From IMG/VR virus record IMGVR_UViG_3300030202_002850, positions 1 through 64,000 of that record: a DNA stretch of 64,000 nt; one strand, given 5' to 3'. The DNA is from an uncultured virus (IMG/VR IMGVR_UViG_3300030202_002850) (Duplodnaviria; Heunggongvirae; Uroviricota; Caudoviricetes). Below, piece by piece: positions 37,896-48,394 of the stretch. The position numbers and the translations under genes are program-made. The notes under the pieces are model-generated. The model did not search any database, was not told where the DNA came from, and was given only the letters and a program-made list of their open reading frames with translations. Each line of letters begins with the position of its first letter. The first letter of the stretch is position 1.

Positions 37896-39233
37896 TTATT
37901 TCTTTCCTTGGTAGTTATCAAAAAATATTCTTCCTCTATCTATAACCCAATTTTTAAGGTAATTAGGAAAAAAAGGTCTTTGGTTTGTGTTTCTATTTGT
38001 CCACAAAAATTGCAACGAATCCATACCAGAAAAACTACCTGAATCTATGGCATTGTAATAACAACCTTCAGGGTCTTCATCTAACCATCTCTCTTCAAAG
38101 ATAGTTAAAACAGTATTCCAGCCATATGAGTTAGCGTAACCCAAGCCATAGGGCAATGGTGTCTCGTTTCCTTCAAGGTAATCTCCAGTAAAAAGTCTTG
38201 ATGATTCCGCTAACCCTTTATTGAAAACAGAAACTCTTATTCCGCCAATTTTTGTTAAAACAGATTGATGTATATTTCTCTCACCTTGCTTGATGTGGGT
38301 AGGAAAGTGCCTGTTTTCGTTTTTGTTTATTTGGTCTGCTGAATTTTCTTCACGAACAATTAAACCGCCTTCATTAGTAATTTTTAAATTCAAAGAAAAA
38401 TTAGAAAAGAAATAATCAGTATCAAAAGTGCTTGATTCTTTTCTTAAAGCACCCCTCAAGTCTGTAACAATAAGTCTAGCCATCCAGAAATCATTGTTCT
38501 TCATCAAGAAATCAACTTTCTTTACATTACATAATTCAACCTGACCGACTAAATGGTGATTACTTTTCCCTTTGTTGTCTATCAGCTTAGGTGTTTGCCC
38601 CCAAATTAAAACTTCAACATGTGGCCAAACATTCCACATTATCCCTGTCTCAACCCCTCCCCCCATATGTTCAGGGTATATAATTTTGTTACCATTTAGG
38701 TCTACTTGAAAGTTGCCAGTACTGTCTTCATCATGTGGACTCTCACTTAATATAATAGGAAGACCATCAAGGACATCAGTAAACTCTTGATTTGATGTTA
38801 AATTAACATCATGCCCAAGGTTTTTAACAACAGCATATCTGGTGTTATTAATACACTTTAAATCAATGTAGTTTTCATTTGTGAGCGCACCGCTAACATT
38901 AAAGTAAGTGAAAGAATTATTATCTTTATCTAATACTTCGTTACAGCATCCAACCTCACCACTCGGAGGGGGAGTACTTGGGGGCGTGTCGTTGGTTCCG
39001 GGGTCTGGGCCTACTTCACCTTCATTTGGGTTTATATTTTTGCCAGCGCAACCAAGACCGCAAAGTTGTTGCTTGAAGTCATCAGTAAAATTTCCATCAG
39101 ATTTGACTATTCCTTTAAACCAACGCCAGAATGTAATAGTAAACTTTAAATACTTTAATAAAGCTTTTGCGACTGTATCTGTTTCCTCTGGGAGATTCTT
39201 CTCAAGTTGAGATGGTTTAATTAGATTAGGCAT
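37896..39233 (-). CDS. structural protein with an N-terminus paralogous to the neighbouring fibre
   Basis: 445 aa; shared MP..I.P..L...LP and DGN.T..FK...C motifs. Confidence 0.65.
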   Translation of the reverse strand: MPNLIKPSQLEKNLPEETDTVAKALLKYLKFTITFWRWFKGIVKSDGNFTDDFKQQLCGLGCAGKNINPNEGEVGPDPGTNDTPPSTPPPSGEVGCCNEVLDKDNNSFTYFNVSGALTNENYIDLKCINNTRYAVVKNLGHDVNLTSNQEFTDVLDGLPIILSESPHDEDSTGNFQVDLNGNKIIYPEHMGGGVETGIMWNVWPHVEVLIWGQTPKLIDNKGKSNHHLVGQVELCNVKKVDFLMKNNDFWMARLIVTDLRGALRKESSTFDTDYFFSNFSLNLKITNEGGLIVREENSADQINKNENRHFPTHIKQGERNIHQSVLTKIGGIRVSVFNKGLAESSRLFTGDYLEGNETPLPYGLGYANSYGWNTVLTIFEERWLDEDPEGCYYNAIDSGSFSGMDSLQFLWTNRNTNQRPFFPNYLKNWVIDRGRIFFDNYQGKK

Positions 39234-40245
39234 TAACAGCTATCCTTTCTTCTACAGGGTCTGGTTTAATGTGCCGCCTAATATTATTGGCATAAAATTC
39301 AATCATATTCTGGTGTTTGTCATTGTCAGATTTACTAAGCATGGTAAGAAATATTCTTCCTAATATTTTTGCGCTGTAATCAATTGTCTGCCCACGCGCA
39401 GCTACACCGCCAAGGTCTAAGTGGAAGTGAAAAGAAGTAATCTCTCCATGCTGTGTGTGAAGTCCATTGTCAATTTTCCATCCTGTGTGATCCAGCACAT
39501 CTTCACATGGTCTATCTAAAAATGGGGTCATGTCACCGTAACCTTGAAAGTGGTAAGATTGTATTTGTTCCGTGCTTGGAAAGTGTTTCACATTATATGA
39601 ATCACTAGCGCGAGATAAACATTCTTGCTCGTAGTAAACACTAGATTCGATTGTTTCTTTTCTCCACCAATCAGAAAAATCTTTAGCTGAAGTGTAAACC
39701 ATTGACCCAGTGTAGACTCCATACTTCTCTTCCATCTTCTCCCTCCATTCATCGTTTGTGTTTAAGAAGTAATTTGCACACTGAGGGTAAAGCGCTACAT
39801 CTGAATCTATCTTAACGTCTATTGGTTTAACGTAGTAAATGTCACCATCAACCATTAATGTGCTATCATTATCGGATAACGCAAAATCAACAGCATCTGG
39901 CTTTCGGAACATAAGTTCAATAGGATGGAAATAATGCCACTCTTTTTTGTAATTATTAGAGCCGCCATTAAATAGCCCTTTTGTTATCTTGCTGTTTGAT
40001 TCACTGTTTACTTGTGGCTTACAGTAAACATTTTTAAAACCAAAATGTTTTATCATGCTTTCTGTTTCCTTGTCACAGATAACATAAATTGGCTGATCAT
40101 GGAAAAGCCTTATAGAGTAAAGAGAGAACATTCCCTCCCATAAACCGTTTACATCAATGATAGTACAAAAACTGTCTGGGCCAGATGGTGTTCCCTTACT
40201 TAACTCAAGGTTTCTTATTTCTTCCAGCGTAAGCATCAGGCACAA
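39226..40245 (-). CDS. GT-A fold glycosyltransferase
   Basis: FCTI, LYSIRLFH, RKPDAV, DxD (VDGD), YEQ motifs. Confidence 0.75.
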   Translation of the reverse strand: MCLMLTLEEIRNLELSKGTPSGPDSFCTIIDVNGLWEGMFSLYSIRLFHDQPIYVICDKETESMIKHFGFKNVYCKPQVNSESNSKITKGLFNGGSNNYKKEWHYFHPIELMFRKPDAVDFALSDNDSTLMVDGDIYYVKPIDVKIDSDVALYPQCANYFLNTNDEWREKMEEKYGVYTGSMVYTSAKDFSDWWRKETIESSVYYEQECLSRASDSYNVKHFPSTEQIQSYHFQGYGDMTPFLDRPCEDVLDHTGWKIDNGLHTQHGEITSFHFHLDLGGVAARGQTIDYSAKILGRIFLTMLSKSDNDKHQNMIEFYANNIRRHIKPDPVEERIAVNA

Positions 40246-42590
40246 ACATTTTCATTATTAAAGTTTTCAGTAAAGATTGTAACCTTAGTTGAAGCACTTT
40301 CAATTCTCTCAAGTGTTACTTCACCAACTAAAACACCAAACGTTTTAGGGCCAATAAACTCATCGCCCCCACTTGTTTCAAACCTTCTGTCTTCAAGGTA
40401 TTCTAAAGGAACCATAGTGCCTCTAGTTGTTGTAAACCCGGAGAAGTCCCTTACTGATATGGGGTTAATCACTGTAGAACATCCATGACCTTCAAACACC
40501 TTAGGGTCTACATTGTATTCATATCCGTTTGTATCCCATCCCTTAGGATACTGCTCTACTCTTATCACAACATCTTCACCGTCAGAATTGAAATCCATAA
40601 AGTAAGTAGCAAAACCGCTGGTTGGGTCAACTGTGAATACTTTAGAATATCCTCCAACAATTTCTCTTGTAATTAATCTCGGCTTACCTTCCTTGAAGCC
40701 CCACGACACGGTTCCATTGGAACTAACATCTTCCACAAACCCGCCACTAGCACTTGAATCTTTTAAGTATCCACCAACAGAAACCCTAACAGAGCTATTT
40801 AGATCGTTGCCTAAATCTGGAAATGTAACCTCAAGATTACCAGCCAACTTAACTGTTAATCGATACTTACCTTTTGCTAATTGATAAGCATCTTTAGTTG
40901 ATATCCCGCCAAAAAGTTCATCAAACGGAGCATAAAACCTCTGACAGTTTCTTTTCTTTGAACTCACACCTTTAGCTGCCCCTCTTGATACTGCAAGCTC
41001 ACCCCTGTTACCAATAAGCCCAACGTATTGCCCATTGCCCGGTTGAAGGGAATTCCATATGTCGTTCCCCATGAGGTCAACCCTCCCCCTAAACACATCC
41101 CAATTGTTAAACCCTATATAATTATATCTATCCTGTAAGCAAGGGTTCACTGTTGGTGTTGCAGCCGGGGCGGGGATGTATTCACATGGAGAACCAGATC
41201 CATTATTATCACATATTAATTTATTAATTTTAGTGAACACATTAACAAGTTCACCGATTTCGTCTGCTTTATAATAAAGGTTACAACTTGCAATATCAGT
41301 TCCAAGGTAGGCATCTATTGTTTTAGTGACACCAGAAGCACATGTTGGAACCACTTTTGACCCATCAACACCGAAACCCACTACTACTATCATAGTACCA
41401 GCGGCTTTGTTTTCGGCTTTGATAGTGCCAGCAGCATTACCAGTCCCAGAAGTAACAGTAAAAGTAAATGTAGTTGCTCCCGTTACTACTACAGTGTGAA
41501 AGGTATTATAAACGGAAGCGTTACTTCCTGTTGCTCCGCTAATTGTAATTGTGTCACCCGTAGTAAATCCATGACTAGCAGATGTAGTTGCAGTTGCTGT
41601 TCCACTTGATTCAACAATTCCACTAACAGTCTTTGAAACGTTAGCTTTTATAGTTGCAGCTATTGTTTCTGGGGCTGGGTCACAAACATTTTCGACCCCA
41701 TCCGTCATAACAACTATGACTCTACGCTTTCCACCGCGAGCCTGACTTTTAAGAAGTTCATATGCAGAGTGTATCCCGCCGCCTATTCCCGTGGCACATG
41801 TGCTAAGACTCGTACTCTTGCCGCCACACTCTTCAGAAACCTCTATGCCGTTTACTCCGCTGATAGCCGCTTCCTCTGTAGGAGTTAAGCCAACATGAGT
41901 GTAGACATTAGATCCATGATTTTTATCCCCTGCATATGAAATTACCCCGACACGATCAAACTCAAAAGGAAACAAAGTAGTATCCCCTTCTTGTTGTGTG
42001 TCTGGCATATTAGCTGATCGAACTAATGATTTTGCTGCTTCTTTAGAGGCATCAATCCTTATCGCCCCAGAAGCATCTTCACGAAGCATTGACCCACTTC
42101 GATCCATTACCAAAACAATATCACTACCAACTCGCTTACACTCATCTACAATAGTAATAGGAGCGCTTGCGTTATACGTTCCACCAGAGTTTTTGTACTC
42201 CGCGAATACTGCCTCAGTAGAATTTGCGTCTACATAAGCAGACTTAAAAAGACCATTACCCTTAGAAGTTAATACTGCCTCGTCAGATGAAGACCACTTT
42301 ACTGAGCTAGTAACATCTTTTTCTTTTGTTGTTCCCCCAAATTTAAAAACAAGCCTAGCAGTAAAACGAATAGATTTCCCTTCTTCAACTTGTGCGCCAG
42401 TTTCTGGTTTAATTAACAACTTTTCTATTGCTGGAACTACACTGCAAATAGTCGGATTAAGTGCTGCAAACTCTGGGTCTGAACACCTAGAGTCATCAGT
42501 TGTAGCTGGCTTGTAATCATCTGAAATTACTGAATCAGATTCAGACTTTTTATTTAAACATTCTTCGGTTTTTACTTTACTGAAATCCAT
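40236..42590 (-). CDS. vWA + Ig-like virion-associated protein
   Basis: Big_2-like DVTSSVKWSSSD; MIDAS VMDRSGSM, TG, MTDG; inserted SHGFTTGDTITISGA module. Confidence 0.8.
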   Translation of the reverse strand: MDFSKVKTEECLNKKSESDSVISDDYKPATTDDSRCSDPEFAALNPTICSVVPAIEKLLIKPETGAQVEEGKSIRFTARLVFKFGGTTKEKDVTSSVKWSSSDEAVLTSKGNGLFKSAYVDANSTEAVFAEYKNSGGTYNASAPITIVDECKRVGSDIVLVMDRSGSMLREDASGAIRIDASKEAAKSLVRSANMPDTQQEGDTTLFPFEFDRVGVISYAGDKNHGSNVYTHVGLTPTEEAAISGVNGIEVSEECGGKSTSLSTCATGIGGGIHSAYELLKSQARGGKRRVIVVMTDGVENVCDPAPETIAATIKANVSKTVSGIVESSGTATATTSASHGFTTGDTITISGATGSNASVYNTFHTVVVTGATTFTFTVTSGTGNAAGTIKAENKAAGTMIVVVGFGVDGSKVVPTCASGVTKTIDAYLGTDIASCNLYYKADEIGELVNVFTKINKLICDNNGSGSPCEYIPAPAATPTVNPCLQDRYNYIGFNNWDVFRGRVDLMGNDIWNSLQPGNGQYVGLIGNRGELAVSRGAAKGVSSKKRNCQRFYAPFDELFGGISTKDAYQLAKGKYRLTVKLAGNLEVTFPDLGNDLNSSVRVSVGGYLKDSSASGGFVEDVSSNGTVSWGFKEGKPRLITREIVGGYSKVFTVDPTSGFATYFMDFNSDGEDVVIRVEQYPKGWDTNGYEYNVDPKVFEGHGCSTVINPISVRDFSGFTTTRGTMVPLEYLEDRRFETSGGDEFIGPKTFGVLVGEVTLERIESASTKVTIFTENFNNENVCA

Positions 42591-44335
42591 TATGAGTAAG
42601 TTACTTCTGCTGCGTTAGCTGCTTTTGTTAATGTAAGTGTGTCTTGTACGGTTCCATCTGTTGAGATGAATTCAAACTTTAAAGTATCGCCAGACATGGT
42701 TCCTTTTAAAGCGCCGTGAAGAGCGTTGTATTTCGTTACACTGGTTATTCCTGTAGCGAGGTTAGGACTACCACTAAATGCCCTCAAAGGAGAACCTCCA
42801 GCGCCATTAACAATGTAAGGAAAATCATTTGCATCTTTTAATCTTTCATAGTTATGGGCGTGTCCCGATATAACAATATCAGCACCTAAGGCTTTGTAAT
42901 CCCATCTCATCTCAGTAGAACCGGGAGCCTTTGTTGTTTCTGACGTATGGGGACTGTGATGGAAGTACACAATTTTCCAGTGAGAGTCAGAATTATTAAG
43001 CCCACTAGCCAGCCAATCACCTAAGGATGACTCTTCCGCTCTGTGTTGAGTCGAAGCACCAGCTAAAACTTCTGGCTCTTTAGCAGCGCCACTTGTGTTT
43101 ATCCCGCTGTTTACACAAAAGAAATGTATGCCGCCTTTCTTAAAGTCATAAAACCTTTCGTTACCCGGAAGCGTAAAATAGGACAAGTATGCACTTAAAT
43201 TAGTCCCTTCAACGTAATCATGGTTTCCTATAGCTGGGAAAAATTTATTCTCTTTTGCGGTTGATGTATATGTAGAAGACTGGTTCTCCCCAAAAGGAAA
43301 AATAAAATCACTGTAATGTTTCCCAACATCACTATCATAATAATTTTCTCCAGCCTCCATATCAGTCCCATCCACATCTGCCGAATTATCTCCAGTAGTA
43401 ATAATAAAAGACGGACTCCAACCTTTAAGGAGAGTGGACACTTCAGCCGCTTTTGTTCCATCGTAATCACCAGATCCAGAAGATGCTCCATAGTCTCCTA
43501 TCTGAGCAAACACAAGCTCAGTAACAGCTTCAGCTTCAGCGGTTGTTTGTTCACTAGCTTTTTCGTTGCGTCTTTCAGCAAGAACATCAAACGCCTCTTG
43601 GCAATGAGGATATGATTTAAGTTCACTTTGCTTAGTGCATTCAAATATTAAATCACCAATAGCATCATTAAATTCAAGAGTAAGGAATCTGTACTTTTCG
43701 TAATCGTTATCAAAATCTCTTGCGTATTCTTTGTGGACATACAGCTTCAATGCACGAAGGAAGTCTGAATCGTCAGGAACAATATCGTCGTCACCATAAG
43801 ATTGCTGCAATCCTTCCCACTCCACTACAAGTATCTCGTTAGAGTTAAGCCAAGGAGAAACCCAAAGCTTGCCTTTATCCAAAGCCCACCTACCAGTTAC
43901 AGCGCGGTAATGTTTGCTGGTTCCATTTACTTCGTAATCACTTGATCCTTCCGGGTATTTAAACCCTAAAGGTAATGCTTCGTAGTCTTTGTTTTCTGGA
44001 GAAAATACAGTTTTTAAATAACCTAAAGAATGGCAGTCTACATCCGTCTTAGTTGTTTGTTTGAAAAGCGCTGGATAGTCTTCGTCACCAGACTGTATTG
44101 TATAAACCTTTCCTATTCTCCCTTTAGGAGCGTCAATTACAGTTTTGCCAGCTTGGAAATAAGTTGAACACTGAGGATACCGACTAATGTTTTTGGTCTG
44201 AAAACATGGAACATACCTCTGTATGTGAACTAATCCAGAGGTAACGTTCTTTAACGCAGGGCCAGATACATTCTCTGGCAAGCCTTCAGGCCAGATGTCG
44301 GCTTTCAGTTCTTCAACTAATTTCCTATACTTCAT
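42590..44335 (-). CDS. putative head-tail adaptor fused to a calcineurin-like metallophosphoesterase
   Basis: C-terminal GDYG, TGDN, GNHDY, FHH, SGHAHNYER; N-terminal ~260 aa unrelated to the phosphoesterase, in the adaptor position. Confidence 0.8.
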   Translation of the reverse strand: MKYRKLVEELKADIWPEGLPENVSGPALKNVTSGLVHIQRYVPCFQTKNISRYPQCSTYFQAGKTVIDAPKGRIGKVYTIQSGDEDYPALFKQTTKTDVDCHSLGYLKTVFSPENKDYEALPLGFKYPEGSSDYEVNGTSKHYRAVTGRWALDKGKLWVSPWLNSNEILVVEWEGLQQSYGDDDIVPDDSDFLRALKLYVHKEYARDFDNDYEKYRFLTLEFNDAIGDLIFECTKQSELKSYPHCQEAFDVLAERRNEKASEQTTAEAEAVTELVFAQIGDYGASSGSGDYDGTKAAEVSTLLKGWSPSFIITTGDNSADVDGTDMEAGENYYDSDVGKHYSDFIFPFGENQSSTYTSTAKENKFFPAIGNHDYVEGTNLSAYLSYFTLPGNERFYDFKKGGIHFFCVNSGINTSGAAKEPEVLAGASTQHRAEESSLGDWLASGLNNSDSHWKIVYFHHSPHTSETTKAPGSTEMRWDYKALGADIVISGHAHNYERLKDANDFPYIVNGAGGSPLRAFSGSPNLATGITSVTKYNALHGALKGTMSGDTLKFEFISTDGTVQDTLTLTKAANAAEVTYS

Positions 44336-44760
44336 TTACTCTGCCTTTTTCCAGCCTTGGGCTTATAGTTTTCTGGTAAACTTCCCTCTTTCTCTGTTTT
44401 AGAGAAAACAGTTTCTTTTGGATTAGCCGCAGTTACAGCTTTTTGTTCTGATGAGAGGGGAGCGGGTTGTGCTACTGTGTCTGGCGCTGGGTGACTCCCC
44501 CCAAATTCCTCCCGCCATTTTTGCTTTGATCCTGAGGAGAGCGTCTTTTTTTTTGACTCCTCATACTCCCCTTTACTTAAAGACCTTAAACCGTAAGAAC
44601 CAAGATTAGACTCTAAGAATTCATTTAACTCTTTTTCTTCAGTAGCAAGATATCCTATCCCTGTATCAACTAACTCTTCAAAATTAACAAACTCCCCCTT
44701 GTAGGGAATAGCATTTGATATGTTTGACTTACTCCAATATTTTACAGACTTAGCAGCCAT
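44332..44760 (-). CDS. hypothetical protein
   Basis: 142-aa ORF downstream of the capsid gene. Confidence 0.7.
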   Translation of the reverse strand: MAAKSVKYWSKSNISNAIPYKGEFVNFEELVDTGIGYLATEEKELNEFLESNLGSYGLRSLSKGEYEESKKKTLSSGSKQKWREEFGGSHPAPDTVAQPAPLSSEQKAVTAANPKETVFSKTEKEGSLPENYKPKAGKRQSK

Positions 44761-44769
44761 AGCAAATAT

Positions 44770-44800
44770 AGTATAGCAAAAAAGGGGGCAGTCTTGACAA
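44770..44800 (-). promoter_or_regulatory. putative promoter TTGTCA-N19-TATACT (extended -10), 9 nt before ATG
   Basis: Minus strand TGCTATACTATATTTGCTATG. Confidence 0.45.
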
Positions 44801-44811
44801 CTGCCCCCTTT
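44778..44811 (-). terminator. intrinsic terminator after the major capsid gene
   Basis: Minus strand AAAGGGGGCAGT-TGTCAAG-ACTGCCCCCTTTTTT. Confidence 0.85.
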
Positions 44812-44812
44812 G

Positions 44813-44833
44813 TAATATCTGGCCCAGTTATTC
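44813..44833. repeat. 21-bp palindromic motif
   Basis: TAATATCTGGCCCAGTTATTC between the capsid stop and the terminator. Confidence 0.9.
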
Positions 44834-44847
44834 TGGGTGATTAATTA

Positions 44848-46797
44848 TTAGTTACCGTGTAGCGGTGTCTGGTTGTCAAAGTTCTCAATAACCAAGTTAT
44901 CGCTAGGACACTCCACAATGGCAGTCCAAGTTTGAGAGTTAAGTGTAATCTCTCTAGTTGGGTTTTCCATTACACATGCGTAGTCACTGTTTACTTTAGA
45001 TAAGTCATCTAAGTTTCCAGTGGTATGCACCTTACGGTTTGAACCAAGAATACCCGGATAAACACCACCACCCAAGTCAAGAATCATCAAGAATCGGCCA
45101 TTAGATCCCTTCTTAGTAGCAACTCCACTATGAACACCATCGACATTTTCTGCCGTAGTGAGCATATCATCAAAGAACTCATTGGTAATGATGTTCATTT
45201 GAACGCCAGCAGGGTTGTGCAGCATATAAGACTGGGTGTAGAACCCACCAAACAGATTAGCTGAGCCAATGTCAGCATTTACAGCATCAAGACCCTCTGC
45301 CTTATAGTAGGCAATCATCGCTTTGAAGATTGAACGAGCGGTTTTAGTGTCAGTAAACACATCAACACTATCGGCTGGTTTGCCTTGGTCTTTTCGAGAA
45401 CGAACAAGATCAAAGATTTTGTTAAACAAGTGTGTTTCGAGGTTTAGCTGTCCACCTTGTAAATCATTCACTCGTCCGCAATCTTGTAGCTGGCGATAAA
45501 CACCAACTGAGTTTGCTCGATAACCAATAAACGACTGCTCAAGTCCAGATGTAACATTAGTTAAGTTTGTTCCACCAAGACCCGGATAACTCTTAATTTG
45601 CTCTAGGTTCTTGTACCCAGAAAGAGTCTGGCTAGTTGAGATTGGCTGACCCCAGAAGAATGCATTAACCCATTCTTTTTGGAATTGCAAACCAAGCTGT
45701 CGGTTTCTTTCTGCTAAAGGAACGTCACCGAACTTCTGGAAGAATTGGTTTGTGGCCATCATCTTCTCTAACCACTCCTTGTAGAATTGGTCAACACATG
45801 TTGTGTAACGGCTTGTTTGATACCAAAACGGAACATGTTTCAATGTATTGAGGGCTGGGCGATTTTCACACCATCTCTCAAAGTCATTAACATTGTTTAC
45901 GCCTTGGACAACCAATGCTGTATTTGCCTTAGATATCTCTTTTGAAGTACCTGAAGCCATATCAGCGTCCCATGTTACAGCAGCGCCAGCGCCATAGCCG
46001 CCAATAAGCTTAACCTCAACATCAACGAATTCAGTATCAGCAGAAATATAAGCAAGGTTGGCATGCGCACACTTACCACCAACAGACTGAATAACCTCAA
46101 ACTCTAAACGGAAAGAATCACCGCTAGTGTCTTTAGCAAACATGAATATATGAGCGCCCTTAGGGAAATACTGCGCCGTAATTGGCTGATTGCCGTTGGT
46201 TGGAGCTTTGAGCTTTAAGATGTTGTAGTTAGCCGCATCACCGCCGGGTGTAGCAATTAACTGCCCATCAGCATGTTCCGCAACTAAGTTGTTGCTAGAA
46301 TTAACTGATTTGTATTTATTCCCAGAAGCACCAGAAGTGTAGACGCGCTCTACCCTCCAGTAGTTGTCCTTAATAATGTCTTTTTGAGAAGCAAGAATAA
46401 ATGGGTCAATTTCACTAGATCCTCCTTGGACTGTCTTAGTGTTCACTAAGTTCCCAACAGATTTAGCTGAACTCATTAGCCAATCATACATTCCGTATTG
46501 ACGCTGCCCACAAGTCTTTAGCTCCATCTGAGCAGTAAGCAAGTGGTTCATATCACGATAGTTCCCGGCAGTGTCCTTGAAGATATCGTCAAGGTCTGCT
46601 GGGGTTGCGAGGCCAATGTTAGACCTAGTTATCGTTCCGCAAGTGTTATAGCTATTCCAGATAGCGGCGTTAGCATTACACTTTGAGTCCGACATGATGT
46701 TGGCTTGGTCAGTCCCAAAGCCACCATGCGGATTAGCTGGGGTCACGTTAGTTGCAGTGATCGCAGCGTTAGTTCCAGTATATTTTACAGTTGCCAT
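44848..46797 (-). CDS. major capsid protein (putative)
   Basis: 649 aa, follows the scaffold-like gene, strong GGAGG RBS, strong downstream terminator. Confidence 0.72.
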   Translation of the reverse strand: MATVKYTGTNAAITATNVTPANPHGGFGTDQANIMSDSKCNANAAIWNSYNTCGTITRSNIGLATPADLDDIFKDTAGNYRDMNHLLTAQMELKTCGQRQYGMYDWLMSSAKSVGNLVNTKTVQGGSSEIDPFILASQKDIIKDNYWRVERVYTSGASGNKYKSVNSSNNLVAEHADGQLIATPGGDAANYNILKLKAPTNGNQPITAQYFPKGAHIFMFAKDTSGDSFRLEFEVIQSVGGKCAHANLAYISADTEFVDVEVKLIGGYGAGAAVTWDADMASGTSKEISKANTALVVQGVNNVNDFERWCENRPALNTLKHVPFWYQTSRYTTCVDQFYKEWLEKMMATNQFFQKFGDVPLAERNRQLGLQFQKEWVNAFFWGQPISTSQTLSGYKNLEQIKSYPGLGGTNLTNVTSGLEQSFIGYRANSVGVYRQLQDCGRVNDLQGGQLNLETHLFNKIFDLVRSRKDQGKPADSVDVFTDTKTARSIFKAMIAYYKAEGLDAVNADIGSANLFGGFYTQSYMLHNPAGVQMNIITNEFFDDMLTTAENVDGVHSGVATKKGSNGRFLMILDLGGGVYPGILGSNRKVHTTGNLDDLSKVNSDYACVMENPTREITLNSQTWTAIVECPSDNLVIENFDNQTPLHGN

Positions 46798-46834
46798 AGT
46801 ATTTTCCTCCCGTAAAAAGAGTTAATCTATTATA

Positions 46835-48394
46835 TCACCCCCAAAGAAACTTTTTTAAACTTTTTTGGTTATCAACATTTACATCCCCTGTTTCACCAGA
46901 TGGAGATACGTTATGGGTTCCTCCAGATAAACTAGGACTTGATGGTTTATTACTGGTATTACTTACTGAAGCTTGAGTTTGAGATTTCTTCTTAGGGGAA
47001 CTTTTTTTCCCATTCACAAACTTTGAATAACGATCCAATTTTTCTTTTTCAGTTTTAATTATATTGTTAACTGTTTGGCCAAGATCGTTTACATACATTG
47101 ATTTAATGTGGCTTGGCTCTAGCCTCCAATGCTGCTCTCTTTGTTGAGGACTCATAGACATCCACCTTTCAGTAGTAGCAAACTGTTTTCCGTTATGATT
47201 CTTTTGAGATGAGGGTAATGATGCAATCTCTTGTTCTTTCCCAAGGGCATAATCCACTATCTCTTTGTGAATAGGATTATTTATATCAATACCAAACCTA
47301 CGTTCTTTGTGTGAAAGCTTTTCAAGTTCATAGAGATGCTTTTCGCTATTTCCGATAACGTTATTAATAGCATCGTGAGCAATAGGATCAGTATCTTTAA
47401 GAGCGTCTCCTCCTTGCTCTTGAACTACCTTGAGATATTCATCTCCTACTGACTTAACTACAGCAGCAATACTTTCAGTAGTACCCGCATTCAACTCATC
47501 TTTTATTTGAGTCTCAGTAACTTGAGATTTAATTGATTCTAACTCAGACTTATAGCGCTGCTCAGATTCGGCAACAATCTTCTTAGCTCTCGCTTGTATT
47601 CTTGCATCATCAAAATCAGAATCGTCAAACTCTGGCATTGAACTATCAATAAAATCTGAGTGTTCTTCATCTGTGGCATCAAACCTAACACCCGGATTAT
47701 CAGAAGACCACTGACGTTTATAATTGTTTAATTCTACAAGATACTCTTTATATTTAGACCTAATACCCTTGTACTTAGGGTTAGATTCCATCTCAGAAAA
47801 AACCTCAAGATCAGCACTATTAAGAACTTCGATCTCATCTGCTTTAGGCTTTTCTACTTTATCCTCAACGCGAGGAGAATCTTGAGCGGCATTAGCTACA
47901 GATGAAGCTGTCTCTCTGATAATGTCCTTAATATCTTCTGTGTCGAAATCCTTCTTAGCCCTCTTCTTTCTAGGCTTCTTAGGTTTATCTTCAGATTTTT
48001 CTTCAGATTTTTCTTCTGGCTCTGTCTCATTATCCGATACGACTTCCTCATTAGAAGCTTCAGGTTCTTCGGTTTGCCCCTCTTCTTGAGTTGGCTCTTT
48101 AAACCCAAGCCTTTCCATCATCTTAGAAGCTGCTTCCTCAGAAGGGGTTCTGCTTTCTTCTATTTCTGAAGCCTCCTGTATTGGTTCTTCTGGTGAATCT
48201 TCTTGGACTTGCTCTGGCGGAGACTCTTCTCTTTGAAAAGCAGGGACAGTATTGTTGGCATACTCTCCTGATATTGCACCCAGTGGATCTCCATCTGGAT
48301 TGACTTGTTTTTTCTCTTCCATTGCTGAAACAACGGACATGAATTTAGGTGGGGATTGTAGCCCCACTTGCCGATCTATTATTTCTGATGCCAT
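46835..48394 (-). CDS. scaffolding protein (putative)
   Basis: 519 aa; acidic disordered N-terminus, helical core, short conserved C-terminal helix; between portal and capsid. Confidence 0.65.
   Translation of the reverse strand: MASEIIDRQVGLQSPPKFMSVVSAMEEKKQVNPDGDPLGAISGEYANNTVPAFQREESPPEQVQEDSPEEPIQEASEIEESRTPSEEAASKMMERLGFKEPTQEEGQTEEPEASNEEVVSDNETEPEEKSEEKSEDKPKKPRKKRAKKDFDTEDIKDIIRETASSVANAAQDSPRVEDKVEKPKADEIEVLNSADLEVFSEMESNPKYKGIRSKYKEYLVELNNYKRQWSSDNPGVRFDATDEEHSDFIDSSMPEFDDSDFDDARIQARAKKIVAESEQRYKSELESIKSQVTETQIKDELNAGTTESIAAVVKSVGDEYLKVVQEQGGDALKDTDPIAHDAINNVIGNSEKHLYELEKLSHKERRFGIDINNPIHKEIVDYALGKEQEIASLPSSQKNHNGKQFATTERWMSMSPQQREQHWRLEPSHIKSMYVNDLGQTVNNIIKTEKEKLDRYSKFVNGKKSSPKKKSQTQASVSNTSNKPSSPSLSGGTHNVSPSGETGDVNVDNQKSLKKFLWG

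Noticed and set aside
40171..40189. Partial palindrome cores (CTGGGCCAG) at ~40176 and ~22490
   Set aside because: They lack the AT-rich arms and lie in coding sequence; not counted among the 17 copies.
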